Shown one piece after another: positions 37,430 to 49,349 of a stretch of DNA of 64,000 bases. Position 1 is the stretch's first letter; each line of letters starts with the position of its first letter. The position numbers and the translations under genes were made by a program. The notes under the pieces are model-generated. The model was not told where the DNA came from and searched no databases. It saw nothing but the letters and a program-made list of their open reading frames with translations. The DNA lies in NCBI GenBank assembly GCA_964016885.1, contig OZ024756.1:9982001-10046000 (forward strand), read 5' to 3'. This DNA is from Eledone cirrhosa. Taxonomy: Eukaryota.

Positions 37430-37788
37430 CCCTTTAGTCTGGCCATTTCTGGCCAGAATTCTCTCACCTCTTTCTATTCAAACCAACTGTAAGGTATTGT
37501 TCTCAAAATAAATAATCACAAAATCTTGTAGATTCGATATTATGTGAGATAAAGCCTTTACTGTGAAAGTATAATAATATAGAGTAATGTAAATGCTGTG
37601 AGATATTATGTGAGGTAAAGCCTTTACTGTGAAAATACAATAGTATATATAGAGTAATGTAAATATTGTGAGATATTATGTGAGGTAAAGCCTTTTCTGT
37701 GAAAATACAATAGTATATATAGAGTAATGTAAATGTTAAAGGATTAATTAATGTCCACCTTTCCTGCTAGTAATGTAAATGGTAAAGG
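37430..37788 (+). mobile_element. piggyBac-type MITE, empty copy with ~3 repeat units and a duplicated right end
   Basis: TTAA|CCCTTTAG ... taaatgttaaagga|ttaa, and a second taaatggtaaaggg|ttaa. Confidence 0.8.
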
Positions 37789-38406
37789 GTTAATGGTGTG
37801 TGTAAACCATTTATTTTCTCCTGATTAAATAAATGCCGAGAATATTGTAGAATATAGGAATTAATTGTATAAAAGGCCACTCACTGCTTGTTTTTTTTCC
37901 TCTTCTCAATTCAGTTTTACTGATTCAATATATCAGTCCAATAACAATATGAAGAACAGTTGTATAATCGCTGCTCAGTGCAAAATGGGCGGAATGAAAG
38001 CAAATATATAAATAAATAAACTGCTTAATGAAAACAGCCGAGATGTCACGAAGTGCATATGAAGGAATCAAGAATACCCAAGCAAATCTTGCTTGAGAGG
38101 AAATACCAGATGTCTCCCACACTTTGTGGGGTTGTTGTTGTTGCTGTTGTTGTTTAACCCCAAGTCAGTTCTGATTAAATAGACACATGATCAAAAGTAT
38201 TGGAGCCATGGCCATGTGCTATTGAAGTATCGTGTATCTAATATAGCATCAGCCAATCTAATTTTAGATATCAGCTTGTTTTAGATAGGACTCAACAGAC
38301 ATTTGGCTGTTGTTTCTACCAACACGTATAGCCATATAAAGGCTCCCTTTAAATCCAAACAGACCTATGGTAACACATTGAGATGAGAACTAGGTCCTGG
38401 AACTTA

Positions 38407-38862
38407 CCCTTTAGTATTTACATTACTCTATATATACTATTGTATTTTCACAGTAAAGGCTTTATCTCACATAATATCTCACATAAAATTTATATTACTC
38501 TATATATACTATTGTATTTTCACAGTAAAGGCTTTACCTCACATAATATCTCACATAACATTTACATTACTCTATATATACTATTGTATTTTCACAGTAA
38601 AGGCTTTACCTCACATAATATATCACATAACATTTACATTACTCTATATATACTATTGTATTTTCACAGTAAAGGCTTTACCTCACATAACATTTACATT
38701 ACTCTATATATACTATTGTATTTTCACAGTAAAGCCACATAATATGGAATCTATGAGATTTTGATATTATATATTTTGAGAACAATACCTTAACATCAGT
38801 ATGAGCAGTCGGTTTGAACAGAAAGAGGTGAGAGGATTCTGGCCGGTTTAAATGCTAAAGAG
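38407..38862 (-). mobile_element. piggyBac-type MITE, empty copy, ~5 units, reverse orientation
   Basis: CCCTTTAGTATTTA ... TAAATGCTAAAGAG, same arm and 72/60-bp units. Confidence 0.82.
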
Positions 38863-39089
38863 TTTTAAAATTCCAAATATCTCATTTCTGGTGACATGCT
38901 TCAACAAGCTTATAGAAACGTTGTGTGAACGAATACACATTACAGACATTAGGTATAATATCATCATCATCTTGTTCACACAACTGGTACAGCCAGTTGT
39001 TGGGGTGCCACTGGTACAGCTAGTTGTTGGGGTGCCACTCTAGATGTGCCACTGGTAGAACCAGTTGTTGGAGTGCTACTTTAGAAGCT

Positions 39090-39602
39090 TTCACCATCAG
39101 CTGTCACCTCTAGTCTCTATTTTCCATCATGTGTAGAAGGGTCTCATTGTGGTGACCAGTCCAGTCTTTGATGTTGCTGGACCAGGATTTTCTTTGGCTG
39201 CCATTTTTTCGCCCTCCCTCGACTGTGCCCTGAAGGATCCTTTTAGACAAGCTTCCATCTTTTCACCATTGCAAGGAGTTGTTCCTCTCTACCAACATAT
39301 TTTTTAACTTGCTGCCTGACAAAGCTGCTTGTTTTGTGCCCCATGTATGGTATGTGTAGCAACCTACTGAAGCACTTGTGCTCAAATGACTGGATTCTTC
39401 ATTCCATGTCTACTGTGAGAGTCCAGCTCCCACACCCATACAAAAGTGTCAAAGTCACCAAGGACTTGTATAGTTTGAGCTTCATTGGAAAATTGATGGA
39501 GTTGATTTTCCATATGACGGTCAACTTTACCATGGTAGAAATGGCTAAGGCAAATCTTATCAGTATCTCCTTTTGAGATCTGTCATCTTTGGTGAGAGTG
39601 GA
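39090..39602 (-). mobile_element. RTE LINE C-terminal fragment
   Basis: KLKLYKSLVTLTLLYGCGSWTL...RIQSFEHKC...ILQGTVEGGRK. Confidence 0.75.
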
Positions 39603-40504
39603 TCCTGAAGGCATCCTCAACAAAGTTTCATAGCTCTTGTATGGAGGATCGAAACTCCACATTTCAGAGAATGTTAGGTTCAAAAATTAAATATTTGTTT
39701 AATCCAGTGTATTGTATGATTTAACCCTTTAGCATTTAAATCAGCCATTTCTGGCCAGAATTCTCTATCATCTCTTTCTATTCAAACTGGCTGTAACTGG
39801 CCACTCATACTGATGTTAAGGTATTGTTCTCAAAATAAATAATATCAAACTCTCATAGATTCGATATTATGTGAGGTAAAGCCTTTACTGTGAAAATACA
39901 ATAGTATATATAGAGTAATGTAAATGTTATGCGAGATATTATGTGAGGTAAAGCCTTTACTGTGAAAATACAATAGTATATATAGAGTAATGTAAATGTT
40001 ATGTGAGTTGTTATGTGAGGTAAAGCCTTTACTGTGAAAATACAATAGTATATATAGAGTAATGTAAATGTTATGTGAGTTATGTGAGGTAAAGCCTTTA
40101 CTGTGAAAATACAATAGTATATATAGAGTAATGTAAATGTTATGTGAGTTATGTGAGGTAAAGCCTTTACTGTGAAAATACAATAGTATATATAGAGTAA
40201 TGTAAATGTTATGTGAGTTATGTGAGGTAAAGCCTTTACTGTGAAAATACAATAGTATATATAGAGTGGTTTCTTTATTTGCCACTAGGGCACAAAAGGT
40301 AGGGACAGATACAAGGGGGGAAGTTTACATATAATTAACGAGTACAAAAATATAACAATGAAATAACAACAACAAACGAAGTCCTCAATAGGGAGGGGGC
40401 ATTAACATGGGTCGCACACACCCCGGAAAAAATGTGCAACCCTTCTCCTCAGGAGCACAAAGAGTAGGTGCTTCCCTCGTCTCCTCTTTTTCCTCTTCTT
40501 TCAC

Positions 40505-43500
40505 CTACAGGCGGATATAGAGAGAAGACCCATTCACTCTGGCCATTCTCCCTACTTTCACCCACCTTTCATAAAACTTGCTGGGGTAGAGCACCTCTCT
40601 CTCCATTCTGATCCTTCTTTTAAAATGGTATTTGAAAAAGGGGACCAGTTGTTGGCCGGAGAGAAAGGTGTCTGACCTCAGCCCTTTCAGCCTCGTCCAC
40701 CATACAACTTCTTTAGCCATGGCTATCACACAGAGAAAAACCGCCTCTCCTTCGTTTTTGAAAGGGGGAGGCGGTTTGATCGTGACAATGGACTCGGTGG
40801 TCAACCGGATTGGTCCCACCCTCGACAGTAGTCGTTCCACATAGCCCCACAGGTCAGCAATGCCTGGGCAGTGTACGAATGCGTGCGCAACGGTTTCGTC
40901 GTCATGCACGCATCTCGGACAGATCTTATTCAAAGGATCCCTACCCAGGCTCCCATGCCTGTGGAGCTTGTCTCGAACGGGTAGAGCCCCTCGGTAGCAC
41001 TGCCAAGCCAGGGACTTTTGGAAGTTGTCCATCGGTCCAGGGCCAAACGTCCTACCAAACAGACTGGCCAGTTCATCTTCCTCCATGCCTAGAGCTTCTC
41101 CGAGAGCATCGTCGCACCTGCTGCGTACCAACCCTCTATAGAATGTCGAGGTGGAGTCTCCACTGATTGCCGGGTCTGCTTTCCAGAGGGCCGTGAGCGC
41201 CTGGGCACATTCAATGTGCCAGTCGCCTACTTTTCTCGGTCTTTGCTTGACCCAGGATTGCAGCTCGGTGAGCGAGACGAGTCTGGGGAAGGGTCGCCTC
41301 ACAAACGGGGCCCACACCGGTTGACCGGTGAGGAATACCTGGAGGTGCCGTAGCCTTAATGCGTGTTTACGCATCTGTAGCCACGGCATCCCCAGCCCTC
41401 CTTTCGAAGGGTGTTGACAGCAGATGGATCTCCTCACCAAAGGGGTCCGCTTGTTCCAAAGAAATTGGAACAGCGCGCACTCCATTTTGGCGAGTCTTTT
41501 CACTGGGCAAGGCACGACGGTCAAGCGGTAGTAGATGACGGATGCTATATAAGTATTCGCCACCTCCGCTCGACCTTTCAGGGATAGTTTGCACTGGGCC
41601 CACTTCTGGGTGAGTGCAAACACCCTGGCCATTACTTCGTTCCAGTTTTTCTCCACCTGGAGGTCTGGTCCGAACCAGACCCCAAGCAGTTTCACCGGGC
41701 CCTCCGTCCAGCGTCCGACGACGTCATTGGAGGGCATCGGTTTGCCTCTCCATGTTCCGAGTTGCAAACCGACGGACTTGTCAGCTTGGCTCCTGTAAAC
41801 CTTTCATATTCCTCCAGTAAGGTGCCGATCTCACCGATTTGCGAGGTTTTCGACACCATTACTGTCACATCATCGGCGTAGGCCGACGCCGCTTTCTGCA
41901 ATCCCAGTTCCAAAGGGATGCCCTGCAACCGCTCCAACTTCCGCAGTAGTAGCTCAAGAGCCAACACATACAGTAGGGAGGAGAGAGGGCATCCCTGTCG
42001 GATGGATCGCATGATTTGGAACGGCTCCGAGAGGTGGCCGTTCACCTTGACCCTTGAGCAGACTTTGCTGCTGTGCATCGCAGCAATCCAACCCCTGAAA
42101 ACGGGTCCGAAGCCTGCCGCCGCGAGCACCGCATCCAGGTAACGATGGTCAACCCTATCGAAAGCTTTAGATTGATCCAAGTTGATCAGGGCCCCACCAA
42201 AGCCGGGTTCATTCCCTACCCTCTCTATGATGTATCGCATAAGGTGGAGATTGTCGTGAATGGACCTGGACGGGATTGCGCATGTCTGCGCTTCTCCCAC
42301 CAGGTTTCCGACGACAAGCGCCAACCTCTTCGCTAACACCTTGGCCAAAATCTTTAACTCTGTATTTAGCAGAGTTATGGGCCTGAAGTTACTTATGTCA
42401 TCCCCCTTGTTCTCATCCTTCATCACCAGCGTAACTATGCCCTTGGTCACAGAACTGGGAATTCTCCCGTTCTGCTGCCAGTTGCAGTAGACCGCTTCGA
42501 GGATATCGGAGAACAAGTCCGGCATCGCTACATATAGCTCGTATGGTAGACCATCGAGACCCGGGGATTTGCGTTTCCCGCATTGGCTCAGCGCCGCCCC
42601 TATCTCAGCAGCTGAAATCGTCCTTTCGCAGGACTTCGCGTCCGAGAGGCGCGGCAGGCCGTCGAGGTATGGATTGAAATCCATAGTCTCACCCGGCGCG
42701 CCGCCCCTCTCAAACAGTCGTGCAAAGTGCCGCTGAAAGGCCGCACACATCTGCCCAGGTTCAAGGATCACACGCCCATCCTGGTCCTTCAAAGACTGAA
42801 TTGTGGACTTGTTCCCACTTTTTGCCTCTGTCACTCGGGCCCAGCTCACAGCTTTGGCTCCCTCATTACCCAGAGCACGTATTTTACTTCTGACAACGCA
42901 GCCTTCATGCTTCACCTCAAAGAACTGGTCTAAGGCCATTCTTGATGCCAGCACGCCGGCTACATTGTCACTCCTAATCGCCTCTTCTACTCTATCTACT
43001 AATTCCCTTTCCGTCTTGTTCCTATCCCTTGCTAATTCCTGACTAAAACCTATCGATTCTATTCTAATTGCTCTCTTAAGAGAGCTCCACCACCTGTTGT
43101 TGACAATTGCCCCTGTCAAACTCTGCTTAACTAACGTGCTAATCCGTTTACTGTAAGCTTTGCTTCTCGGTAAGGACAAGTTCAGCTTCCAGTAACCGGG
43201 TCCCTGTCTATGGGTTCTATCAAGGTTGGCTATGCAGGTCACTAACTTGTGATCCGAATAGTCAACCATGAACATTTTTGGACAGCTAAATGTGTCCCTA
43301 TCCTTCTCTCTAACTAGGACCCTATCTAGGTACGACCTAGATGTTCCGCTGCGATTGGTCCACGTCCATAGTGGTACAGTCGGAAAATCTAGTCGATATC
43401 TATCGGCCAGGTCAAATCGGCCGATTAACGTTTTGAGGCTTTTACACCCCCCTCTATTGGCACATACCCCTACATAGTCCCAACGTGCATCCAGGATACC

Positions 43501-43923
43501 ATTCCAGTCCCCCACTAAAAGCAAGGAGCGGGACGTTCCCAGAAAAGTTTCCAGACGTTGGAAGTATTCCGGCCGCGCTGCCCAAAAAGGGGCGTACACA
43601 GCTATTAGTCTAAGGGCTCCACTTTCACTACTGCCGACGTCTAAAACCACCAGTCGACCCTCCGGGTCCAGGTGCACCTTCTGTATGGCGAAGCCCAGGT
43701 GTTTTCACAGCAGAACGACAACTCCACCCCCCGGTTGACAGAGAGATGCGAAGATCTCAAAGTCGTTGAAGAGGGGCGCCAGTTGGTGCTCGCTGCTGAT
43801 CCTGGACTCGCAAATAGCCATTACATCCATTCTATGCGACCTGAGATCGTTTAAAAGTTTGCCTTGTTTCCAAGACAGTCCCAGGCCGCGTACATTCAGA
43901 CACCCAACTCTTATATCAGCCAT
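40505..43923 (-). pseudogene. Tx1 ORF2, frameshifted near 43720 and 41780
   Basis: 72-aa + 661-aa + 420-aa pieces collinear with copy 1 ORF2. Confidence 0.92.
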
Positions 43924-43944
43924 GTTGTTTAAAAGAGGAAGGAC

Positions 43945-45720
43945 CTACCTGTTCGGCTCCTGAGGAGCAGGTTGCACAATATCCATGGGCGTATTGGAGG
44001 GGTTGTTTGGTGAGGTGTGGGTGGGGAAACGTTTCAAGAGGACGCGGTTATAGGGTCGAGTACATGTTTTCCCCACGTCCTCAGGAAAGTTCTCTCTTAG
44101 TTTTGCATAGGTGTCCATTGGGAGTCTTATCATTTTTAAATGCGGTTTGTTGGCCGCGCTTGCAAAGAATTGCCCTTCAGTTTCCACCGAAGGGTCTTTG
44201 TATATTGTTTTTACTAGTTCTTTGTTATTTGTGTTAATGTATGTATACTGTTTTATTTGTGTTGTGTTTGTTTGTTGTTCTTGTGTGTGCTTACGTTTTG
44301 TAGTATGTGTTATGTTTTGGGGTGGGGAGGATTTTGTTTGTTCTGTTTGTTTTGTTTTTGTTGGTGGTTGTGTGTTTGTTTCGTTTATGTTCGAGTGGTG
44401 CTTTCTTTTTTTCCTTTTTACAGGTTGGAAGGGTCCCCCCTCTTCGTCACTAGGTGCCGTTTCAGCTGGGTCCTCGTCCGTGCTGTCGGGTAGTGGTGTA
44501 TTTTGGGGTTTTGTGTTTGTGTGTGTTTTTGGAGTTGTTTTGGGTGGGGCCGTGTCTTGTGTTATATTTTCGTGTTGTTTTTGTTGTGGTGGTGGTGGTG
44601 GTGGTGGTGGCGGTGGTGGTGTGTGGGGTGTAGGCAAAAGAGCCTTTTTTTTTGTCAATTGAGGACAGGCAGCCCTTAGATGACCCCTGCTTGAACAGTA
44701 GTAACATATGGGCCTCCTACCCTCGGCTGAAATGTATATAAATGTTTCTCCATCGAGGGACACCCTCTGTGGTATTCTAGCTATTCGTTCTGGTCTCATT
44801 TGGACCAGAACCTCCACGCTCAAACCGCCGAAAACGTCTGTTGTGACTTCTCCTACTGAGAGGATTCCATCCTCGTCTTCTAAAAATCCTGTTAGTACCC
44901 AGGAAATGCATGCATTTGGCCGGATTCCGGAGACCCTTATTTTCTGCGTTCTTTTCCCTAAATATGTGGGGAAAAATGTGTGTAGCTTGGAAACAATTGG
45001 CGCCACAGAGTATTTCCTGGCCGTCAATTGATCCTTCATAAGCACCGTTATATTCCCATAGAGTGGCCCTTTTTGTATGAACGATATATCACTCCACACA
45101 TTTTTTAGGACCAGCTCAATCTCTTTTTGGGATAATTGAGCTGGTTTCCTTGTTATGTTGGAAATTGTTCTGAAAGATATCGTTCTTAGCGTCGTGTCTC
45201 TTTTGATTTCTTGTGGGGAGGTGATTGTGAATTCTCCTCCTTCTTTGAAAGTTACATACTGTTTCGCTTCCTTCATCTTTTCTCTCAGAGTTGTAATGTC
45301 CAGTTGCTTGCAGGTCTGTGTTTTCCGGACCGCCTGTGCAAAGGAGGCACCAGTAGTTGGTTCGCTTTGTTTGGTGTTATCGTTATTTTTTCCTTGGTTG
45401 GTGTTGTGACTATTGCTGTTATTGTCGTTGTTGTTTTTGTCTGCGTTTATGTGACTTTCTGGGTTTTCACCCATTTTTACAAATTTTTCTTTTAATTCCG
45501 TGTTCCATGTTTCTTTTGCAGAAGTGAGGAGGGAAGACTTAGAGCCTTGTGCTTCTAGCTTCTCTGTATCACCTTTCTTAGGGGGCGTGGCTTTCACGTT
45601 AGGATGAGATGTGAAAATTCCGTCCATTTCTATTAGTTTGTCGTAATAAATTTTTAACTGGAAAATTCGCCCCAAAAAGGGGCGAAAATAAATAAACTCA
45701 AAGTTTGACGACGAAGGCAA
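43945..45720 (-). CDS. Tx1 ORF1 (CCHC knuckle); true start may be a downstream ATG
   Basis: Open frame of 591 codons with CYYCSSRGHLRAAC. Confidence 0.85.
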   Translation of the reverse strand: MPSSSNFEFIYFRPFLGRIFQLKIYYDKLIEMDGIFTSHPNVKATPPKKGDTEKLEAQGSKSSLLTSAKETWNTELKEKFVKMGENPESHINADKNNNDNNSNSHNTNQGKNNDNTKQSEPTTGASFAQAVRKTQTCKQLDITTLREKMKEAKQYVTFKEGGEFTITSPQEIKRDTTLRTISFRTISNITRKPAQLSQKEIELVLKNVWSDISFIQKGPLYGNITVLMKDQLTARKYSVAPIVSKLHTFFPTYLGKRTQKIRVSGIRPNACISWVLTGFLEDEDGILSVGEVTTDVFGGLSVEVLVQMRPERIARIPQRVSLDGETFIYISAEGRRPICYYCSSRGHLRAACPQLTKKKALLPTPHTPPPPPPPPPPPQQKQHENITQDTAPPKTTPKTHTNTKPQNTPLPDSTDEDPAETAPSDEEGGPFQPVKRKKRKHHSNINETNTQPPTKTKQTEQTKSSPPQNITHTTKRKHTQEQQTNTTQIKQYTYINTNNKELVKTIYKDPSVETEGQFFASAANKPHLKMIRLPMDTYAKLRENFPEDVGKTCTRPYNRVLLKRFPTHTSPNNPSNTPMDIVQPAPQEPNR

Positions 45721-46480
45721 GGAGTTAACGTATATTACCGTATAAAAAAATTAATCAAAACTCACTTTTGAGTAAGTAAATCCGACTCGGTAGCCGAGCT
45801 TGTTCACACACGTCAACACACGTCTCTCGTATACGAGATGTTATGTGAGATATTATGTGAGGTAAAGGCTTTACTGTGAAAATACAATAGTATATATAGA
45901 GTAATGTAAATGTTATGTGAGATATTATGTGAGGTTAAGCCTTTACTGTGACAATACAATAGTATATATAGAGTAATGTAAATGCTAAAGGGTTAACTGT
46001 TTGTCTATTATGGCATTTCAAACATGCAGAGTGTAAAGGACCATAACTCTATGCCATAAAACATGTCCAATGCTCCACCAATAACTGCCTTTTCATTACT
46101 CAATGAATCTAATAATGATTGTGATGATAAATACAACAGCAGCAACAAACCCACAACAGACATCTGTGCGGGCTAAAAATAGCAGCCACATCTCCCTCTT
46201 CATTTTATAGATGGCAAGACATATTAGATAGCATAGTTTATATAATGTGTGTGTGCATATATATATGTATAATTATGTGTGTATATATATAATGTATTTG
46301 TATGTATGACCTTCCTTGGTCATCCTCGATTTCAGCTTCTATCCACTGGGATTTCATGGCATATCTTCAACCAACGATAATCACCCCCAACACATCATCA
46401 CATGTACATACCAGCTCAGTCTTCTCTCCTGCACACTACATCTGATCCCTATTAAACTCAGTTTTTCTCTTTTGTTTCAG

Positions 46481-46636
46481 AATTTGATGGCTTTTCATCT
46501 ATGGATGTGGTGTCAAACATGACAGTCACTGTTATTGAAGGTGGTACTGTATCTTTACCCTGTCATTCTGTTAATAGTCAACCAAAAGCTCAGCTGGCAT
46601 TTGAAAAATTGAACGAAACAGGCAATAGTAATTCAA
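46481..46636 (+). CDS. CDON: Internal exon: first half of the second Ig domain of the CDON/BOC/Ihog-like receptor
   Basis: Acceptor ctcttttgtttcAG, donor GTAAGT, 156 bp, phase 1-1. Splices in frame to 15236 giving QFDGFSSMDVVSNMTVTVIEGGTVSLPCHSVNSQPKAQLAFEK, which resembles CDON 'F....ITAEE...IGCRVPESNPKAEV'. Not present in the ORF track. Confidence 0.78.
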
Positions 46637-46654
46637 GTAAGTGTGTATATATAT

Positions 46655-47168
46655 AAAAACCTCCCAGCCCCACACTGTAAATGTGGTTGGTGTTAGGAAG
46701 GGCATCCAACTGTAGAAAACCCGCCAGACAGTCCACGCTGTAATGTGGCCGTGTAGGCAACACGGTAAAAACCTCCCAGCCCACACTGTAAATGTGGTTG
46801 GTGTTAGGAAGGGCATCCAGCTGTAAAAAAACTCGCCAGACAGTCCACGCTGTAATGTGGCCGTGTAGGCAACACGGTAAAAACCTCCCAGCCCCACACT
46901 GTAAATGTGGTTGGTGTTAGGAAGGGCATCCAGCTGTAGAAAACCCGCCAGACAGTCCACGCTGTAATGTGGCCGTGTAGGCAACACTGTAAAAACCTCC
47001 CAGCCCCACACTGTAAATGTGGTTGGTGTTAGGAAGGGCATCCAGCTGTAGAAAACCTGCCAGACAGTCCTATGCGAGCAATGACAACCACTCTTGCCTC
47101 AAGTGGGAAAACCCCCGTCCAAACCCATGCAAGTGTGGAACACGGACGTTAAACGTTGATGATGATGA
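46655..47168 (+). mobile_element. RTE 3'-UTR fragment with an internal ~112-bp unit repeated ~3.7 times
   Basis: Reverse complement of 11751-11970 with tandem duplications. Ends ggacgttaaacgttgatgatgat. Confidence 0.8.
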
Positions 47169-47217
47169 TATATAAGGGATAACAAGTTATCGTTATAGGT
47201 AATCCAGTTAGAGGTTG

Positions 47218-47286
47218 ATACGATGTATGCTTAACCAAATCATTGGAAAAAGTTTTTCCGATGATTTGGTTAAGCATACATCGTAT
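47218..47286. repeat. Fold-back palindrome (~33-bp arms)
   Basis: atacgatgtatgcttaaccaaatcattggaaaaa g tttttccgatgatttggttaagcatacatcgtat. Confidence 0.85.
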
Positions 47287-47429
47287 TTAAAATTGAGTGA
47301 CACAACTTCAAGTAATTAGCAATTTTAAGACAACTTAACCAATGAAACAATTGTTAATACCGTAAATAAAACCCTTTTTGTACTGTTGACCATGTTATTC
47401 TTCACTCTTTCACTATATATATATATATA

Positions 47430-47803
47430 TCATCATCATCATCATTTCACGTCCACTTTTCCCTGCTTGCAAGGGTAGGACGGGAACTGATTCTGGCTTA
47501 ATTTCTACATCTGGATGCCCTTCCTAACACCAACCTCATTTACAGTGAGTGCTGGGTGCTTCTTTTGCCGTGGCACCTCCACGACCACTTTACAGTGCGG
47601 GCTGGGTGCATTTTTGCCGTGGCACCTCCATGACCACTTTGCAGTGGAATGATAGGGAACCCAGTCCTATCATCTCTTCTACAACTGAGTAAACTGGAGC
47701 AATGTGAAATAAAGTGTCTTGCTCAAGGAAACAACACATCACCCGGTCTGAGAATTGAACTCAACCTTTCGATTGCAAGGTCAATTCTCTAACCACTAAG
47801 CCA
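47430..47803 (-). mobile_element. CORE-type SINE (family A) with internal duplication
   Basis: Reverse complement of 8048-8395. Confidence 0.85.
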
Positions 47804-48040
47804 TATATATAATGTGAAAATCTATTTGGTAATTTCTTTAATGAATAATTTGCTTTGTGTGTAATTATTTTTTAACACAACAGGATTTTGTACACATGTT
47901 TGTTGAAAAAAATTTAAAGGAAGTATTGAATATAGCTTTATGTACCGGTTATTATAATAAATTACTGTATTTTGAGCTGTTTTAACTTCTACACCTACTG
48001 CTTTCCAGTTTTTATATTTAAAAAAAAATGATATTCTTTT

Positions 48041-48093
<53 letters not shown>

Positions 48094-48499
48094 GTACGTG
48101 ACCTAGTGGCTAGAGGTACATGACCTGGACTGGGTTGTGTGTTGTGTTCTTGAGCAAAACACTTCATTTCACATTGCTCCATTATACTCAGCTGAAAATA
48201 AGTACCAGCAATAGCTGGAGGTTTAATCCTGCGATGGACTGGTATCCTCTCCAGGGGGAAGTCTTGTACTCTCAGTCACTTCATGCCATGAAACCGGAAT
48301 AAACACCAGCCTAATGAGCCTCTGGGTTAAGACAGACTATAGGCCACAAGGGCCTAAACATGTGTGTATTTTAGAATAAAACACAAGAGTCATATGTCAG
48401 TCACTTTGCGAAGTGGTGATTGGATATCTTCCTCCTTACCTCTCACTCTCATAAGTGTTGAGAAGATGGTCAGTAGGTAAATGGGCAGCTATCTATAGC

Positions 48500-48694
48500 T
48501 ACCTACTCCTGAATTTGAGGGTTGTTCTATCGACGGGGTATTAAACAACCCATTTATGGCGCCTCCCCCCTATTGGGGATTTCGACTGTTATAATTGTTT
48601 GTTTCAATATTTTTACACGACTCTATGTAAAAACCCTGGCATGTGTCTTTGTATTGTCCCCTTTTCTTGTGCGCCCTTGTGGCTAATAAAGAAA
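48500..48694 (+). mobile_element. 3'-UTR fragment of a second, diverged Tx1-related LINE
   Basis: Collinear similarity to the reverse complement of 24084-24272 (ctcctga, gggttg, cgggg, cctattg, ttcg, atgtaaa, tgtccc, gtggc-aataaagaaa). Confidence 0.7.
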
Positions 48695-48729
48695 TATATC
48701 TATCTATCTATCAATCAGTTTGTTTGTCT

Positions 48730-48775
<46 letters not shown>

Positions 48776-49017
48776 GGGACAAAAAAATCTGAGCATGGGT
48801 TCTTAATGGGTTGAAAGAGGCTATGTAGCCTGTCCCAGCAAAATAATTTCCCAGGCTATTTAACCGGTAAGAGTGTCAGACACCATGACTTGTGGCCCAA
48901 GTTAAGACAATTTGAAATCTTTACAACCATCAATTGTTAAAAAACAAGTTAAAATCATTTAGTCATCATATTATAATTCTGCTTGTGTTTTGTCCGTTTG
49001 TAACGTATGTTACACTT

Positions 49018-49328
49018 TAGTTACATACACACACATCTACTGAGTTACATACACACACATCTACTGAGTTACATACACACACATCTACTGAGTTACATAC
49101 ACACATCTACTGAGTTACATACACACATCTACTGAGTTACATACACACACATCTACTGAGTTACATACACACACATCTACTGAGTTACATACAAACACAT
49201 CTACTGAGTTACATACACATCTACTGAGTTGCATACACACACATCTACTGAGTTACATACATACATCTACTGAGTTACATACACACACATCTACTGAGTT
49301 ACATACACACACATCTACTGAGTTACAT
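49018..49328. repeat. ~22-26-bp minisatellite (gagttacatacacacacatctact)
   Basis: Direct inspection. Confidence 0.93.
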
Positions 49329-49349
49329 GGCTTTAGAATTTTAGCAGAA

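Larger units (their letters stand above)
40268..45837 (-). mobile_element. Full-length Tx1-clade non-LTR retrotransposon, copy 2 (5570 bp)
   Basis: Near-identical to copy 1 with the same two junctions. Confidence 0.93.
39725..45992 (+). mobile_element. piggyBac-type MITE copy 2 with perfect TIRs and TTAA TSD, carrying a full Tx1 LINE (composite)
   Basis: TTAA|CCCTTTAGCATTTA (39725-39738) ... TAAATGCTAAAGGG|TTAA (45979-45992). Array 39867-40267 and 45838-45984. Confidence 0.9.

Noticed and set aside
23693-45992. Segmental duplication or LTR-element interpretation of the two LINE composites
   Set aside because: Outer flanks are unrelated, host MITE arms are more diverged than the LINEs, the flanking repeats are MITE arrays rather than LTRs, and there is no integrase.
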